A DNA stretch of 63,432 nucleotides, counting the filler, from an uncultured bacterium (GTDB lineage: Bacteria; CAYJRR01): the NCBI GenBank assembly GCA_964372275.1. It is 4 parts of 4 records of this genome, joined end to end, with 100 filler letters (N's around TTAATTAATTAA, not from the genome) between each part and the next. Parts side by side here need not be neighbours in the genome. Positions count along the whole stretch, not along the records: positions 1 to 15,989 come from CAYJRR010000104.1; positions 16,090 to 31,908 come from CAYJRR010000105.1; 2 more parts are not named here. One strand, 5' to 3'. Under the pieces are notes generated by a model. That model ran no database searches. It worked only from the letters and a program-made list of their open reading frames with translations, and was not told where the DNA came from. Both the position numbers and the translations under genes were made by a program. Positions 11,168 to 22,000 of this stretch are shown one piece after another (position 1 is the first letter of the stretch; every line of letters starts with the position of its first letter).

Positions 11168-13047
11168 GTGACTCGGGTCCGCCGCTCGTTCCTCGCCGGT
11201 CTGCTGCTCGCCGTGCTCGCCGGTTGCGATCGCGACGCGCCGTGGTACGGGACGACGACGCCCAAACACGGACCCGGGGAGCTCTGGCTCAACAACCTCT
11301 CCGAGCCGGAGTGGATCGACCCGGGGAAGTGCTCGGACGCCGCGGGCGGGACGGTGATCAGCAACCTGTTCGAAGGGCTGACCGCGGCCGATCCGCGGAC
11401 GCTCGGACCGACGCCCGGGATGGCCGAGCGCTGGGAGATCTCCCCCGACAAGCGCGTCTACACCTTCCACCTGCGCGCCGGCGCCGCCTGGTCGGACGGC
11501 GTCCCGGTGACGGCGCACGACTTCGTCTACTCGTGGGCGCGGGTGCTCGATCCCGCGACGCTCGCGAAGTACGCCGACCAGCTGTACGAGATCCGGAACG
11601 GCGAGGCGGTGCACCAGAAGGCGCTGCACGTCGTCGGTCTCCCGCCCGACGAGAAGGCGGTGCGCGCCGCCTTCGAGCGCTTCGGCCCGGTCGAGCGCGT
11701 CAAGCTCGAGCCCGAACCGGCCTTCGGCGGCGGCGCCTTCGTCTGGATGGGCGAAGGGGCCAAGCCGGCCGAGGAGATCCTCGCCGCACTTGCCGGCCGC
11801 GGCACGACGGAGTCCGGTGGCGCCGCGACCGCCCCGTCCGGCGTGCGGGTGAAGGTCGCCGGTCCGGAGGTCCTCGGCCTCAAGGCGCTCGACGAGCGGA
11901 CGTTCCAAGTGACGCTGGAGTTCCCGGTCCCCTACTTCCTGCCCAAGATCACGACCCTCTACACCATGAGCCCGGTGCCGCGGCACGTGATCGAGCGGTT
12001 GAAGGCTTCCGGAAAGAACCCCGACCTCTGGACACGGCTGGAGAACATCGTCTCCAACGGACCGTTCGTCCTGAGCGAGTGGAAGTTCCGGCAGCAGATG
12101 TCGTTCGAGCCGAACCCCCACTATTGGGACCGCGCGGCGGTGCGCCTCGAACGGGTGAAGGCGTTGATGATCGAGTCCTACACCACCACGCTCCAGATGT
12201 ACAAGGCGGGGGAGCTCGACTACATCGGCGAGAACGTCAACATCCCCTCCGAGTATTCGGCCTTCATGCGGACCAAGCGCGACTACCGGTTCGCGGGGTA
12301 CACCACCACCTACTGGTACTGGTTCAACACCGGCGCCCCCGGCGTCTCCGACGTGCGGGTGCGGCGGGCGCTGAACATGGCGACCGACAAACAGGCGATC
12401 GTCGACCACGTCACGCGCCAGAACCAGCTCCCGGCGACCTCGTACATCCAGGACGGCCTCAACGGCTATCGCAAGATTGCGGGGCAAGGACACGACCCCG
12501 ACGGGGCGCGGCGGCTGCTCGCGGAGGCGGGCTTTCCCGGCGGCAAGGGGCTGCCACCGATCACCATCGCCTACAACTCGAGCGAGACGCACAAGGCGAT
12601 CGCCGAGGCGATCCAGGAGATGTGGCGCAAGGAGCTGGGGGCCGACGTCAAGATCGAGAACAGCGAGTGGCAGGTCTTCCTCAAGAGGCTGCAGATGGGG
12701 GACTACCAGGTCGGGCGCCTCGGTTGGACCGCCGACTACCCCGATCCGTTCACCTTCCTCTCGGTCTTCCTCTCCACCAGCGGGAACAACCACGCCAAGT
12801 GGAAGAACCCCCGCTTCGATGCCATGGTCGCCGACGCGAACATGAAAGCCGATCCGGCGGAACGGATGGCGGGCTTGGCCGCCGCGGAGCGGCTGCTCCT
12901 CGACGAAATGCCGGCGATGCCGATCTACTTCTACACGCGGGCCTACCTCATCAAGCCCTACGTAAAGGGGCTCTACTCCAACTTCGCCGACCGACACCCC
13001 TGGAAGGCGATCTGGATCGATCCCGACGCGGTCGCCAGAGGTGACCT
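11168..13047 (+). CDS. oppA: Oligopeptide ABC transporter substrate-binding lipoprotein with RRM-like insertion; 3' end in assembly gap
   Basis: Lipobox LAGC; LFEGL, YTFHLR..WSDGVPVTAHDF, VSNGPF, DVRVRRAL, GWTADYPDP. Confidence 0.88.
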
Positions 13048-13057
13048 NNNNNNNNNN
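13048..13057. other. Scaffold gap (10 N) hiding the oppA end and oppB start
   Basis: Run of N in the sequence. Confidence 0.95.
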
Positions 13058-13922
13058 CGTGGTGATCTCCTTCTTCCTCATCCGGCTCGCGCCGGGGAGC
13101 CCGTTCGCCGCCGAACGGAAGATCGCCAACGAGGTGAAGGCCGACCTGGAGCGCAAGTACGGCTTCGACCGGCCGCTGCCGGAGCAGCTGTTCCGCTACG
13201 TGCGGAACGTCGCGCTCGCGGGCGATCTGGGCCTTTCGACCAAGTACCCGCAACGAACGGTGAACGAGATCATCGCCGAGGGGTTCCCGGTGAGCCTGGC
13301 GCTAGGGCTCCTGGCGCTCGTCTGGGCGCTCCTGGTCGGCGTCGGCGCCGGCGTCGTCGGGGCGGTGCGGCAGAACAGTCCGCTCGACTACGGCGCCATG
13401 GGCTTCGCCATGATCGGGATCAGCCTCCCCAGCTTCGTGCTCGGGCCGCTGCTGGTCCTGCTCCTGTCGCTCACGCTCTACTGGTTCCCGCCCGCCGGAT
13501 GGGGGACGTGGCGCCACGTCGTGCTTCCGGCGCTGACGCTCGGAACGGTCTACGCCGCCACCGTCGCGCGGCTCACCCGCGGCGGGCTCCTGGAGGTCAT
13601 CCGCCAGGACTTCGTCCGCACCGCGCACGCCAAGGGGCTCTCCGAGCGGGTCGTCGTCTGGCGACACGTCCTCAAGGGAGGACTGCTTCCGGTGGTGAGC
13701 TACCTCGGTCCGATGACGGCATCGCTCTTCACCGGATCGGTGGTGGTGGAGAAGATCTTCGGCACCCCCGGAATCGGCCCCTACTTCGTCGACGCCGCCG
13801 CCAACCGCGACTACTTCCTGATGATGGGGATGGTCGTCTTCTACAGCGGCTTCCTGCTGGTCGCGAACCTCCTCGTCGACATCGCCTACGGCTTCCTCGA
13901 CCCGAGGATCCGCTATGAGTAG
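13058..13922 (+). CDS. oppB: Oligopeptide ABC permease; 5' end in gap
   Basis: FFLIRLAPGSPF, GDLGLS, DFVRTAHAKGLS, VEKIF, LDPRIRY. Confidence 0.9.
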
Positions 13923-14784
13923 CCCCGCCCTCGTCGAAGGGACGAGTCTGTGGCGCGATGCCTGGCGGCGGTTGCGGCGGAACCGCATGGCGCTGGCCGG
14001 TCTGACCATCGTGCTGCTGCTCGCGCTGGCGTGCGTCGCGGCGCCGCTCCTCAGCCCCTACGGCTTCGAGGAGCAGCAGCTCCGGCTCGGCGCGCAGCCG
14101 CCTTCGTCGGCGCACTGGTTCGGAACCGACTACCTCGGCCGCGATCTGTTGACCCGAGTCCTCTACGGCGGACAGATCAGCCTGGCCGTCGGCCTGATCG
14201 CGGCGGTGGTCAGCCTTCTCATCGGCGTCGCCTACGGCGCCTTCGCCGGCTACGCCGGGGGCCGGATCGACGGGGCGATGATGCGCTTCGTCGACGTCCT
14301 CTACAGCCTGCCGTACATGTTCCTGGTGATCCTGCTGGTGACGCTCTTCGGACAGAACATCCTGCTCCTCTTCCTCGCGCTGGGCGCGGTCCAGTGGCTG
14401 TCGACGGCGCGGATCGTCCGCGGGCAGGTGCTGTCGCTCAAGGAGAAGGAGTTCGTCCTCGCGGCCCGTTCCGTCGGGACCCCGGGTTGGAAGATCGTCG
14501 TCCGCCACCTGATCCCGAACACGCTGGGTCCGATCGTCGTCTACTTCACCCTCACCGTGCCGCAGGTGATCCTGCAGGAGGCGTTCCTCTCCTACCTGGG
14601 GCTCGGCGTCCAGGCGCCGCGTCCGTCGCTGGGGGCGCTGATCAACCAGGGGGCCGCGCACATGGACGTCTACCCGTGGGAGCTGGTCTTCCCGGGCGCC
14701 GTGATGGCGGTCCTCCTCTTCTCGCTGAACTTCGTCGGCGACGGGATCCGCGACGCGCTCGATCCGCAGATGAAGAGGAGCTGA
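13915..14784 (+). CDS. oppC: Oligopeptide ABC permease
   Basis: SLWRDAWRRL, HWFGTDYLGRDL, EFVLAARSVG, GDGIRDALDP. Confidence 0.92.
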   Translation: MSSPALVEGTSLWRDAWRRLRRNRMALAGLTIVLLLALACVAAPLLSPYGFEEQQLRLGAQPPSSAHWFGTDYLGRDLLTRVLYGGQISLAVGLIAAVVSLLIGVAYGAFAGYAGGRIDGAMMRFVDVLYSLPYMFLVILLVTLFGQNILLLFLALGAVQWLSTARIVRGQVLSLKEKEFVLAARSVGTPGWKIVVRHLIPNTLGPIVVYFTLTVPQVILQEAFLSYLGLGVQAPRPSLGALINQGAAHMDVYPWELVFPGAVMAVLLFSLNFVGDGIRDALDPQMKRS

Positions 14785-14792
14785 CGCTTCCG

Positions 14793-15758
14793 ATGCCACT
14801 GCTCGAAGTCGACGGACTGCGGACCGAGTTCTCCTCCGACGAGCGCGTCGTCCGCGCCGTCGACGGCGTCTCGTTCTCGCTCGACGAGGGGGAGACGCTC
14901 GGGATCGTCGGCGAGTCGGGTAGCGGAAAGAGCGTCACCAGCCTCTCGATCCTGCGCCTGCTGGGCGCCACCGGCCGGATTTCCGGCGGATCGATCCGCT
15001 TCGCCGGACAGGAGCTCACTCGCCTCCCCGAGCGCGAGATGCGGCGCCTACGCGGAAACCGCATCTCGATGATCTTCCAGGATCCGATGAGCTCGCTGAA
15101 CCCGTTCCTTTCGATCGGGCGGCAGATCACCGAGGTGCTCGAGCTCCACCGGGGGATGACCCGTTCGGCGGCGCGCGTGGCGGCGGCCGAAGGACTGGCG
15201 CGCGTCGGGATCCCCGACCCGGCCGGCCGCCTCGACCACTATCCGCACCAGCTCTCCGGGGGAATGCGCCAGCGGGTGATGATCGCCATGGCGCTGGCGT
15301 GCGAGCCGAAGCTGCTGATCGCCGACGAGCCGACCACGGCGCTCGACGTCACCGTCCAGGCGCAGATCCTGGAGCTGATCCGCGGGCTGCAGAAGAACCT
15401 CGGCACGGCGGTCGTGTTGATCACGCACGACCTGGGGGTCGTCGCCGGGACGGCCGACCGCGTCGCGGTGATGTACGCCGGCCGCATCGTGGAGACGGCG
15501 CCCGCCGACCGGATCTTCGCCCAGGCGGCGCATCCCTACACAGGCAGCCTCCTGGCCAGCCGCCCACGCGTCGACGGCGACCGCGAGCGCACGCTGCCGG
15601 CGATCCCGGGACTTCCGCCCGACCTGTCTCGCCTTCCGTCCGGATGCGCCTTCCATCCCCGTTGCCACCGCGCGGTCGATGCCTGCCGCGACGAAGTGCC
15701 GGCCTTCGTGCAGATCTCCGAACACCACCGCGCCGCCTGCCGGGAGATACGGTCGTGA
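14793..15758 (+). CDS. oppD: Oligopeptide ABC ATP-binding protein
   Basis: [33 protein letters not shown]. Confidence 0.92.
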   Translation: MPLLEVDGLRTEFSSDERVVRAVDGVSFSLDEGETLGIVGESGSGKSVTSLSILRLLGATGRISGGSIRFAGQELTRLPEREMRRLRGNRISMIFQDPMSSLNPFLSIGRQITEVLELHRGMTRSAARVAAAEGLARVGIPDPAGRLDHYPHQLSGGMRQRVMIAMALACEPKLLIADEPTTALDVTVQAQILELIRGLQKNLGTAVVLITHDLGVVAGTADRVAVMYAGRIVETAPADRIFAQAAHPYTGSLLASRPRVDGDRERTLPAIPGLPPDLSRLPSGCAFHPRCHRAVDACRDEVPAFVQISEHHRAACREIRS

Positions 15759-15989
15759 CCGTCCTGCTCGAGGCGAAGGGGCTGAAGGTCCACTTCCCCG
15801 TCTCCGGCGGGTCGTGGACCTCGCGGCGCGTCCGGACCATCCGCGCCGTCGACGGCGTCGACCTGTCGATCGGCGCCGGCGAGACGGTGGGGCTCGTCGG
15901 CGAAAGCGGGTGCGGCAAGTCGACCGCCGGCCGCGCCCTGCTGCAGCTCCTGAAGCCCACCGCCGGCTCGGTCCTCTTCGACGGCGTGG
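15755..15989 (+). CDS. oppF: Oligopeptide ABC ATP-binding protein; 3' truncated
   Basis: [27 protein letters not shown] overlap with oppD. Confidence 0.85.
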
Positions 15990-16089
15990 NNNNNNNNNNN
16001 NNNNNNNNNNNNNNNNNNNNNNNNNNNNNNNNNTTAATTAATTAANNNNNNNNNNNNNNNNNNNNNNNNNNNNNNNNNNNNNNNNNNNN
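15990..16089. other. Artificial contig linker
   Basis: N run, TTAATTAATTAA (stops in all six frames), N run; 100 nt. Confidence 0.97.
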
Positions 16090-19000
16090 ACTGCGTCCCC
16101 ACGAAGTCCGCCGGAGGCGTGTAGGTGAGAGTGGGCGCCGTCCCCGAAAGCGAACCGCCGACCGTCCCGGAGAGGTCGAAGACGTAGGCCGCACCGGCCT
16201 GATCCGCCAAGTTCTCGTCCGGATCACCTCCGTCGATTCCCGTTGCCGACGAGTCCTCGGAAAAGGCGCCCGCTATCACGGTAGTGCCGGATACGGAGAC
16301 CGCGTTCATGCGGTCGGAGGCGTCGGGATTCGTCGCTTTCAGATAGGCCAACGGGGTCCAAACCCCTCCGACGCGGCGATAGACGTACGCCGCCCCGCTC
16401 ATCGACGCGGAGTCGTCCGACGGATTCCCGCCGACGCCACTGGCGCCCGAATCCTCCCCCAACGCGCCAACGACCAGCGTGTCGCCGTTCACCGCAACCG
16501 TCTCACCGAAACGGTCCTGCACGGTGAGGCCCGATGGTTTCAGATAGGCCCTCTGCGTCCAGGCAGAGCCCACGCGTTCGAAGACGTGTGCCGCGCCCGC
16601 GTCATCCACGGTCGAATCGTCGTAGCTGTTCCCGACGACGATGACGCTCCCGGAGATCGCCACGGAGTAGGCGAAGAAATCTCCCGGGTTGGAATTGAGG
16701 ATCGTCTGGAGACTCCACGTCGTGCCGGTCCGCTTGAAGACTCGGCACCACCCGCGACCGGCGACGATGGTGTCCCCCGAGATCCCGACGACTGCGCCGA
16801 GATCGCCGTACGTCACCGGCGCGGAATCCTTGAGGTAGGCCTGTTGGGTCCAGACGCTCCCGTTCCGAACGAAGACGTAGAGCGCTCCGGCGTTGTCCTT
16901 GGAGTTGTCCGCCTGGTTTCCGGGAATCCCCGAAGCCTCACCGCCGGCGCCGACCACGACCGTGTCACCTGAGATGGCGACACTCGTGCCGAACTCGTCC
17001 CACGCCTCCGCGTTCGACGCCTTGAGATAAGCCTGCTGCCGCCAGGCCCCACCGCTGCGCACGAAGACCCACGCCGCACCCGCGCGAGTCGCCGACATGT
17101 CGGTCGGGTCTCCGTTGATCCCGGTCGAGGCCGAGTCCTCCTCGTAGCCTCCGACGACGATCGTGTCCCCGTCGATCGCGACGCTCACGCCGAACACGGC
17201 GTGGGGCTGGACATGGTTCGGCTTGAGGTACGCCTGCTGCCGCCATACGCCGCCCCGCCGCACGAACACGTAGGCGGCGCCGGCGCTCATCGCGGACCGG
17301 TCCGACTGGTCTCCATCGACACCCGGGCTGCCCGACCACTCGTAGAGAGCTCCGACCACCAGCGTATCGCCCGAGACGGCGACGGCGTTTCCGAAACCGT
17401 CGGGACTGCTCGTGTTCGATGCCTTGAGTGTGGTGATCGAGCCCGTCGGTGATGCCTCGAATTCGAAGGTGACCGCTCCGCCGTCGGGATCGCTCCCGAC
17501 GAGCACGATCGGCACCGGCGACTCTTCGGCCGTCGTGATGCGCTGCGGAACCGCCTTCGGCGCGTCGTTCACCGGCTGGACGGTGATCGAAACGGTAGAG
17601 GGTGCCGAGACCCCTCCCGTACCGTCCGATACGCGGAAGGAAAACGTGTCGACTCCGGCGAAGTCCCGAACCGGCACATAGGTGAGGTTGGGTGCCGTCC
17701 CGATCAGCGCGCCCTTCGCAGGGAGGACGCCGACGTACGCGGCGCCGCTGTCCGCCGCCGAATCGTCGGCCCCGTTTCCGTCGATGCCGCTCGCGTTCGA
17801 ATCCTCCTGGTGGGCGCCGACCGCCCACGTATTCCCGTCGATGGCGACCGCCTCCCCGAACCGATCGGGCACTCCGGGGTTCGGGGCCTGGAGGATCTCC
17901 TGCTCGGACCAGACCGATCCGTTTCGCACGAAGCGGTAGACAGCGCCGTACTCCAGCGCCGTCGGGATCTCGTTGCTTGCGTCGGTCTGGTCCCGGGCAG
18001 GAGATCCCACGAATAGGACGTCGCCCGAGACGCTGACGCTGTGACCGAACCCGTCGAAGTTGGTGCCGTCCGAGGCGGCGAGGCTCTGCTGGAGAGTCCA
18101 GACCCCTTCCGAATCCCGAACGTAGACGTACGCGGCGCCACGGTCGGGCCCCCCGGGATTCTCGGCGTGGGACCCGACGACGACCGTGTCGCGCGAGATC
18201 GAGACGCTCGCACCGAACTGGCTGTCGTCCCGGTCCGACGCGACCGGAGACTTGAGATAGGCCTGCGGACTCCATGTCGATCCGCTCCTCGTGAAAACAT
18301 ACGCCGCGCCGCTATCGGGATGTCCTTCGTCGCTGGTGTTGTAGTTGCCCGCTTCGTGAGGACTCACCGCCGGGTGAAGGACGACGCCGATCGCTGCCGC
18401 GTCCTCGCGCCATGCGCCGACGACGATCGTGTCGCCGTCGATGGCGACGCTGTTACCGAATTCGTCGCCGTACGCCGTCGGGTCGGATCCGGAGCCGTCG
18501 CGATTGAACGCCTTGAGGTAGGCCTGCTGCGTCCACGTCGTGCCGTTCCTCACGAAAACGTACGCGGCACCGCTATTGAATAGAACGTTCCCAGGCTCGC
18601 TGGCCTGGTTGCCGTTCACCAGGCGGGAGCCGGAGTCCTCCTGCAGCGCCCCGACGACGACCGTGTCCCCCGAGATGGCGACGCTCGCACCGAAGAAGTC
18701 GTTGGCGTCCGGGTTGGACGCCTTCAAGTAGGCCTGCTGACTCCAGGTCGTGCCGCTTCGCACGAAGACGTAGGCGGCGCCCGCCTGCTGCTTCGATTCG
18801 TCCGCCTGGTTGCCGCCGATGCCGGCCGACGCCGAATCCTCCTCGGCCGCGCCGACGACGATGGTATCCCCCGAGATGGCGACGCGCTTGCCGAAGCCGT
18901 CCCAATCGTCGCCGTTGGAGGCCTTCAAGTAGGCCTGCTGCGCCCAGACGCCGCCGCTTCTCACGAATACGTAGGCGGCGCCGCTGTTCTGCCGGCTGTT

Positions 19001-22000
19001 GTCCGCCGGATCGCCGTTGACGCCAACCGCTCCCGAATCCTCGCCCGGCGCGCCGACGACCATCGTGTCGCCCGAGACCGCGACGCTGCGGCCAAGCTCG
19101 TCGCCGGGATCGGTGTTCGGGGCCTTCGCGTAGGCCTTTCCACCGACCGGTGACAACAGTTCGAACGTCACCGGCGAGCCCTCGGGATCGTTGCCGGTCA
19201 GCACGATCGAGATCGGCGTCTCTTCCGTGGCCGTCACCGCCTGCGCGTCGGCCACGGGGTCGTCGTCTACCGGCGTGATGGTCAACGACACCGTCACCGT
19301 CGCGGACTCCGCCGCGGACGGATCGATCGCTTTGTAGGTGAACGAGTCGGTTCCGCTGAACTCCGCCGCCGGCGTGTAGACGAATGCGCCGTCGGCCTGC
19401 AGGACCAGCGACCCGTTCGCCGTTCCGGAGACCAGATTTGCCGTCAGCGAATCGCCGTCGACGTCGGAATCGTTTCCCAGCACCCCGGGCGCCGCCACGG
19501 AGAGCGGGACGTCCTCGGCCGTGGTGTAGCCGTCGTCGGTCGCCACCGGCGTGTCGTTCACCGGCGTCACCGTGATGCTGAAGCTTTGCGCGGCGCTGAC
19601 GTCGATGCCGCCGCCGGTCGTTCCCCCGTCGTCCTGCAATCGCACGGTGACGGTCGTGAGTCCGTTGGCATTCGCCGCCGGTGTGAAGGTCAACGTCCCG
19701 TCGGCGGCCAGAGCGGGCCCCGACGAGAAAAGCGCGCCGTTCGTCACGTCGAGCAGGAAGGTGAGCGCCTGGGACGATTCGTTCGCCGGACCGCGGGAGA
19801 TTGCGGTCGCCCAGCCGGACAGTGTCGCCGCCCCCGAGTCTTCCGCCACCTCGGGGTTCCCTCCCTTCACGAACGACGGAGCGTCGTTGACGGCGACGAC
19901 CGTGAGGGAGAAGGTCTGGGGCGCACTCAGATCGATACCGCCGTTCGCCGTGCCGCCGCTGTCCTGGACGCGGACGGTGACGACCGCCGTCCCGGCCGCG
20001 TTCGTCGCCGGCGTGAACGTGAGATTCCCGGTGGCGATGGCGATGGCCGGCTGGACGGAGAAGAGCGCGTTGTTGTCGTTGGTGACGGTGTACGCGACGA
20101 CCGTCTGCGATGCCTCGTCGGCGGGTCCTTCCCACGACGCGGGACTGTTCGGATTGTTGGTGTTGCTCGGACTCGCCCAGGCGACGACGGTCTGCGCCGA
20201 CGTGTCCTCCAGCACGGTCTGATCGGCCCCTTTGGCGAAGGTCGGCGCATCGTTCACCGCCGTCACCACGACGGTGAACGTCTGCGCGGCGCTGGTGTCG
20301 ACACCTCCATCCGAGGTCCCGCCGTCGTCATGAATGCGTACGGTCACCGTGGACGTGCCGTTGCCGTTCGGCGCCGGAGTGAACGTCAGTGTCCCGTCTG
20401 CCGCGACGGCCGGGCCGGCGGAAAAGAGGGTGGGATTGCTCGCACTCACCAGGAAGTCGACCGCTTGGCTCGACTCGAAGGATCCGGCGCTGATCGCGTT
20501 CGCCCAGCCGGCGTAGCTCGCCGGCCCGCTGTCCTCGAGGACGGTCTTGTTGCCGCCTTTCGTGAAGCTGGGGACGTCGTTCACCGGCGTCACGGTGACG
20601 GTGAAGGTCTGGGGGTCGCTGGTGTCGACGCCGCCGTTCGCCGTCCCGCCGCTGTCCCGGACCTGCGCCGTGACCGTCGCCGTTCCGAACCGGTTCGCCG
20701 CCGGCGTGAAGGTCAGGTTTCCGGTGCTGGTACCGACGGACGGATTGCTCGAGAAGAGCGCGGTAAAGCTGTTGCCCAGCACATAGGCGCTCACCGTCTG
20801 TGAGGCTTCGTTCGTCGGTCCTTCCCAGTCGACCGGGCTGTTCGGGGCGTTGGTGTTGCTGGGAGAGGCCCAGCTCGTCGCCGTCCGTAGGCCGCTGTCC
20901 TCCAGGACCGTCTGGTCCGCGCCCTTCGTAAACGTCGGCTTGTCGTTGACCGCGGTGATCGTGACGGGGAAGGTCTGGGGGTCGGAAAGGTCGACGCCGC
21001 CGTTGCCCGTCCCACCGTCGTCGCGCACTTGCACCGTCACGGTCGCGACGCCGTTCTGGTCCGGCGCCGGTCGGAAGGTCAGCGTGCCCGCCGCGGAGAC
21101 CGCCGGCTGCGCCGAGAACAGGCCGCTGTTGTTGTTGGTCACGACGTAGCCCGACACCGTCTGGGTCGACTCGTCCGCCGGACCCTGCCACCCCGCCGGC
21201 GTGGTTGCCCAGCCGACGACCGTCACGTCCCCTGCGTCCTCGAACGCGGCCTGGTTCGCCCCCTTCGTGAACGTCGGCTTGTCGTTGACGGCCGTGATGG
21301 TGATCGAGATCGTGGCCGCTGCCGACTCGAGCCCTTCGTCGTCCGTCACGGTGAAGTTGAAGCTTGCCGGGCCGTTTGCGTTCGACGGAGGCGTGTAGGT
21401 GACGTTCGGCGGGGTTCCGGACACCTCGCCGACGGTCGGAAGGCTCGGCGTGGCATAGACGGCTCCGCTCGACGAGGATCCTTCACTCGCCTGGCTGCCG
21501 CCGATGCCGGTTGCACTCGAGTCCTCCTCGGGCGACCCGCTGACGATCGAGTTGTAGCCCCACAACGCGACACTGGTCCCGAAGCGGTCGAACGCCGTGT
21601 TGTTGGAAGCCTTGACGTACGCCTCCTGGGACCACGTCGTTCCGACCCGGGCGAAGACGTAGGCGGCGCCGCTCGACGTGGCGTCGTTGTTGGAACCGCT
21701 GCCGCCGACCCCCGTCGCATTCGAGTCCTCGTAGGGAGCGCCCACCGCGAGCCGGTTGCCCGAGATCCAGACGCTCGCCCCGAACCAATCGTTGTTCTCC
21801 GCGTTCGACGCGGTGAGGTAGGCCTGCTCGCTCCACGTCGATCCGTTCCGCGCGAAGACGTAGGCCGCTCCGCCGCTGGCCGACGCCGTTCCGTACGCCT
21901 GCTCGGAACCGACGGCGAGGTCGTCCCCGGAGAGGGAGAGTGCGCCTCCGAACCGGCCCTGCAGGGAGGGGTTGGACGCTTTCACGTAGGCCTGCTGCGA

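Noticed and set aside
11150-13918. 922-aa extended OppA ORF
   Set aside because: It crosses a 10-N gap of unknown true length; the sequence after the gap is oppB in another frame.
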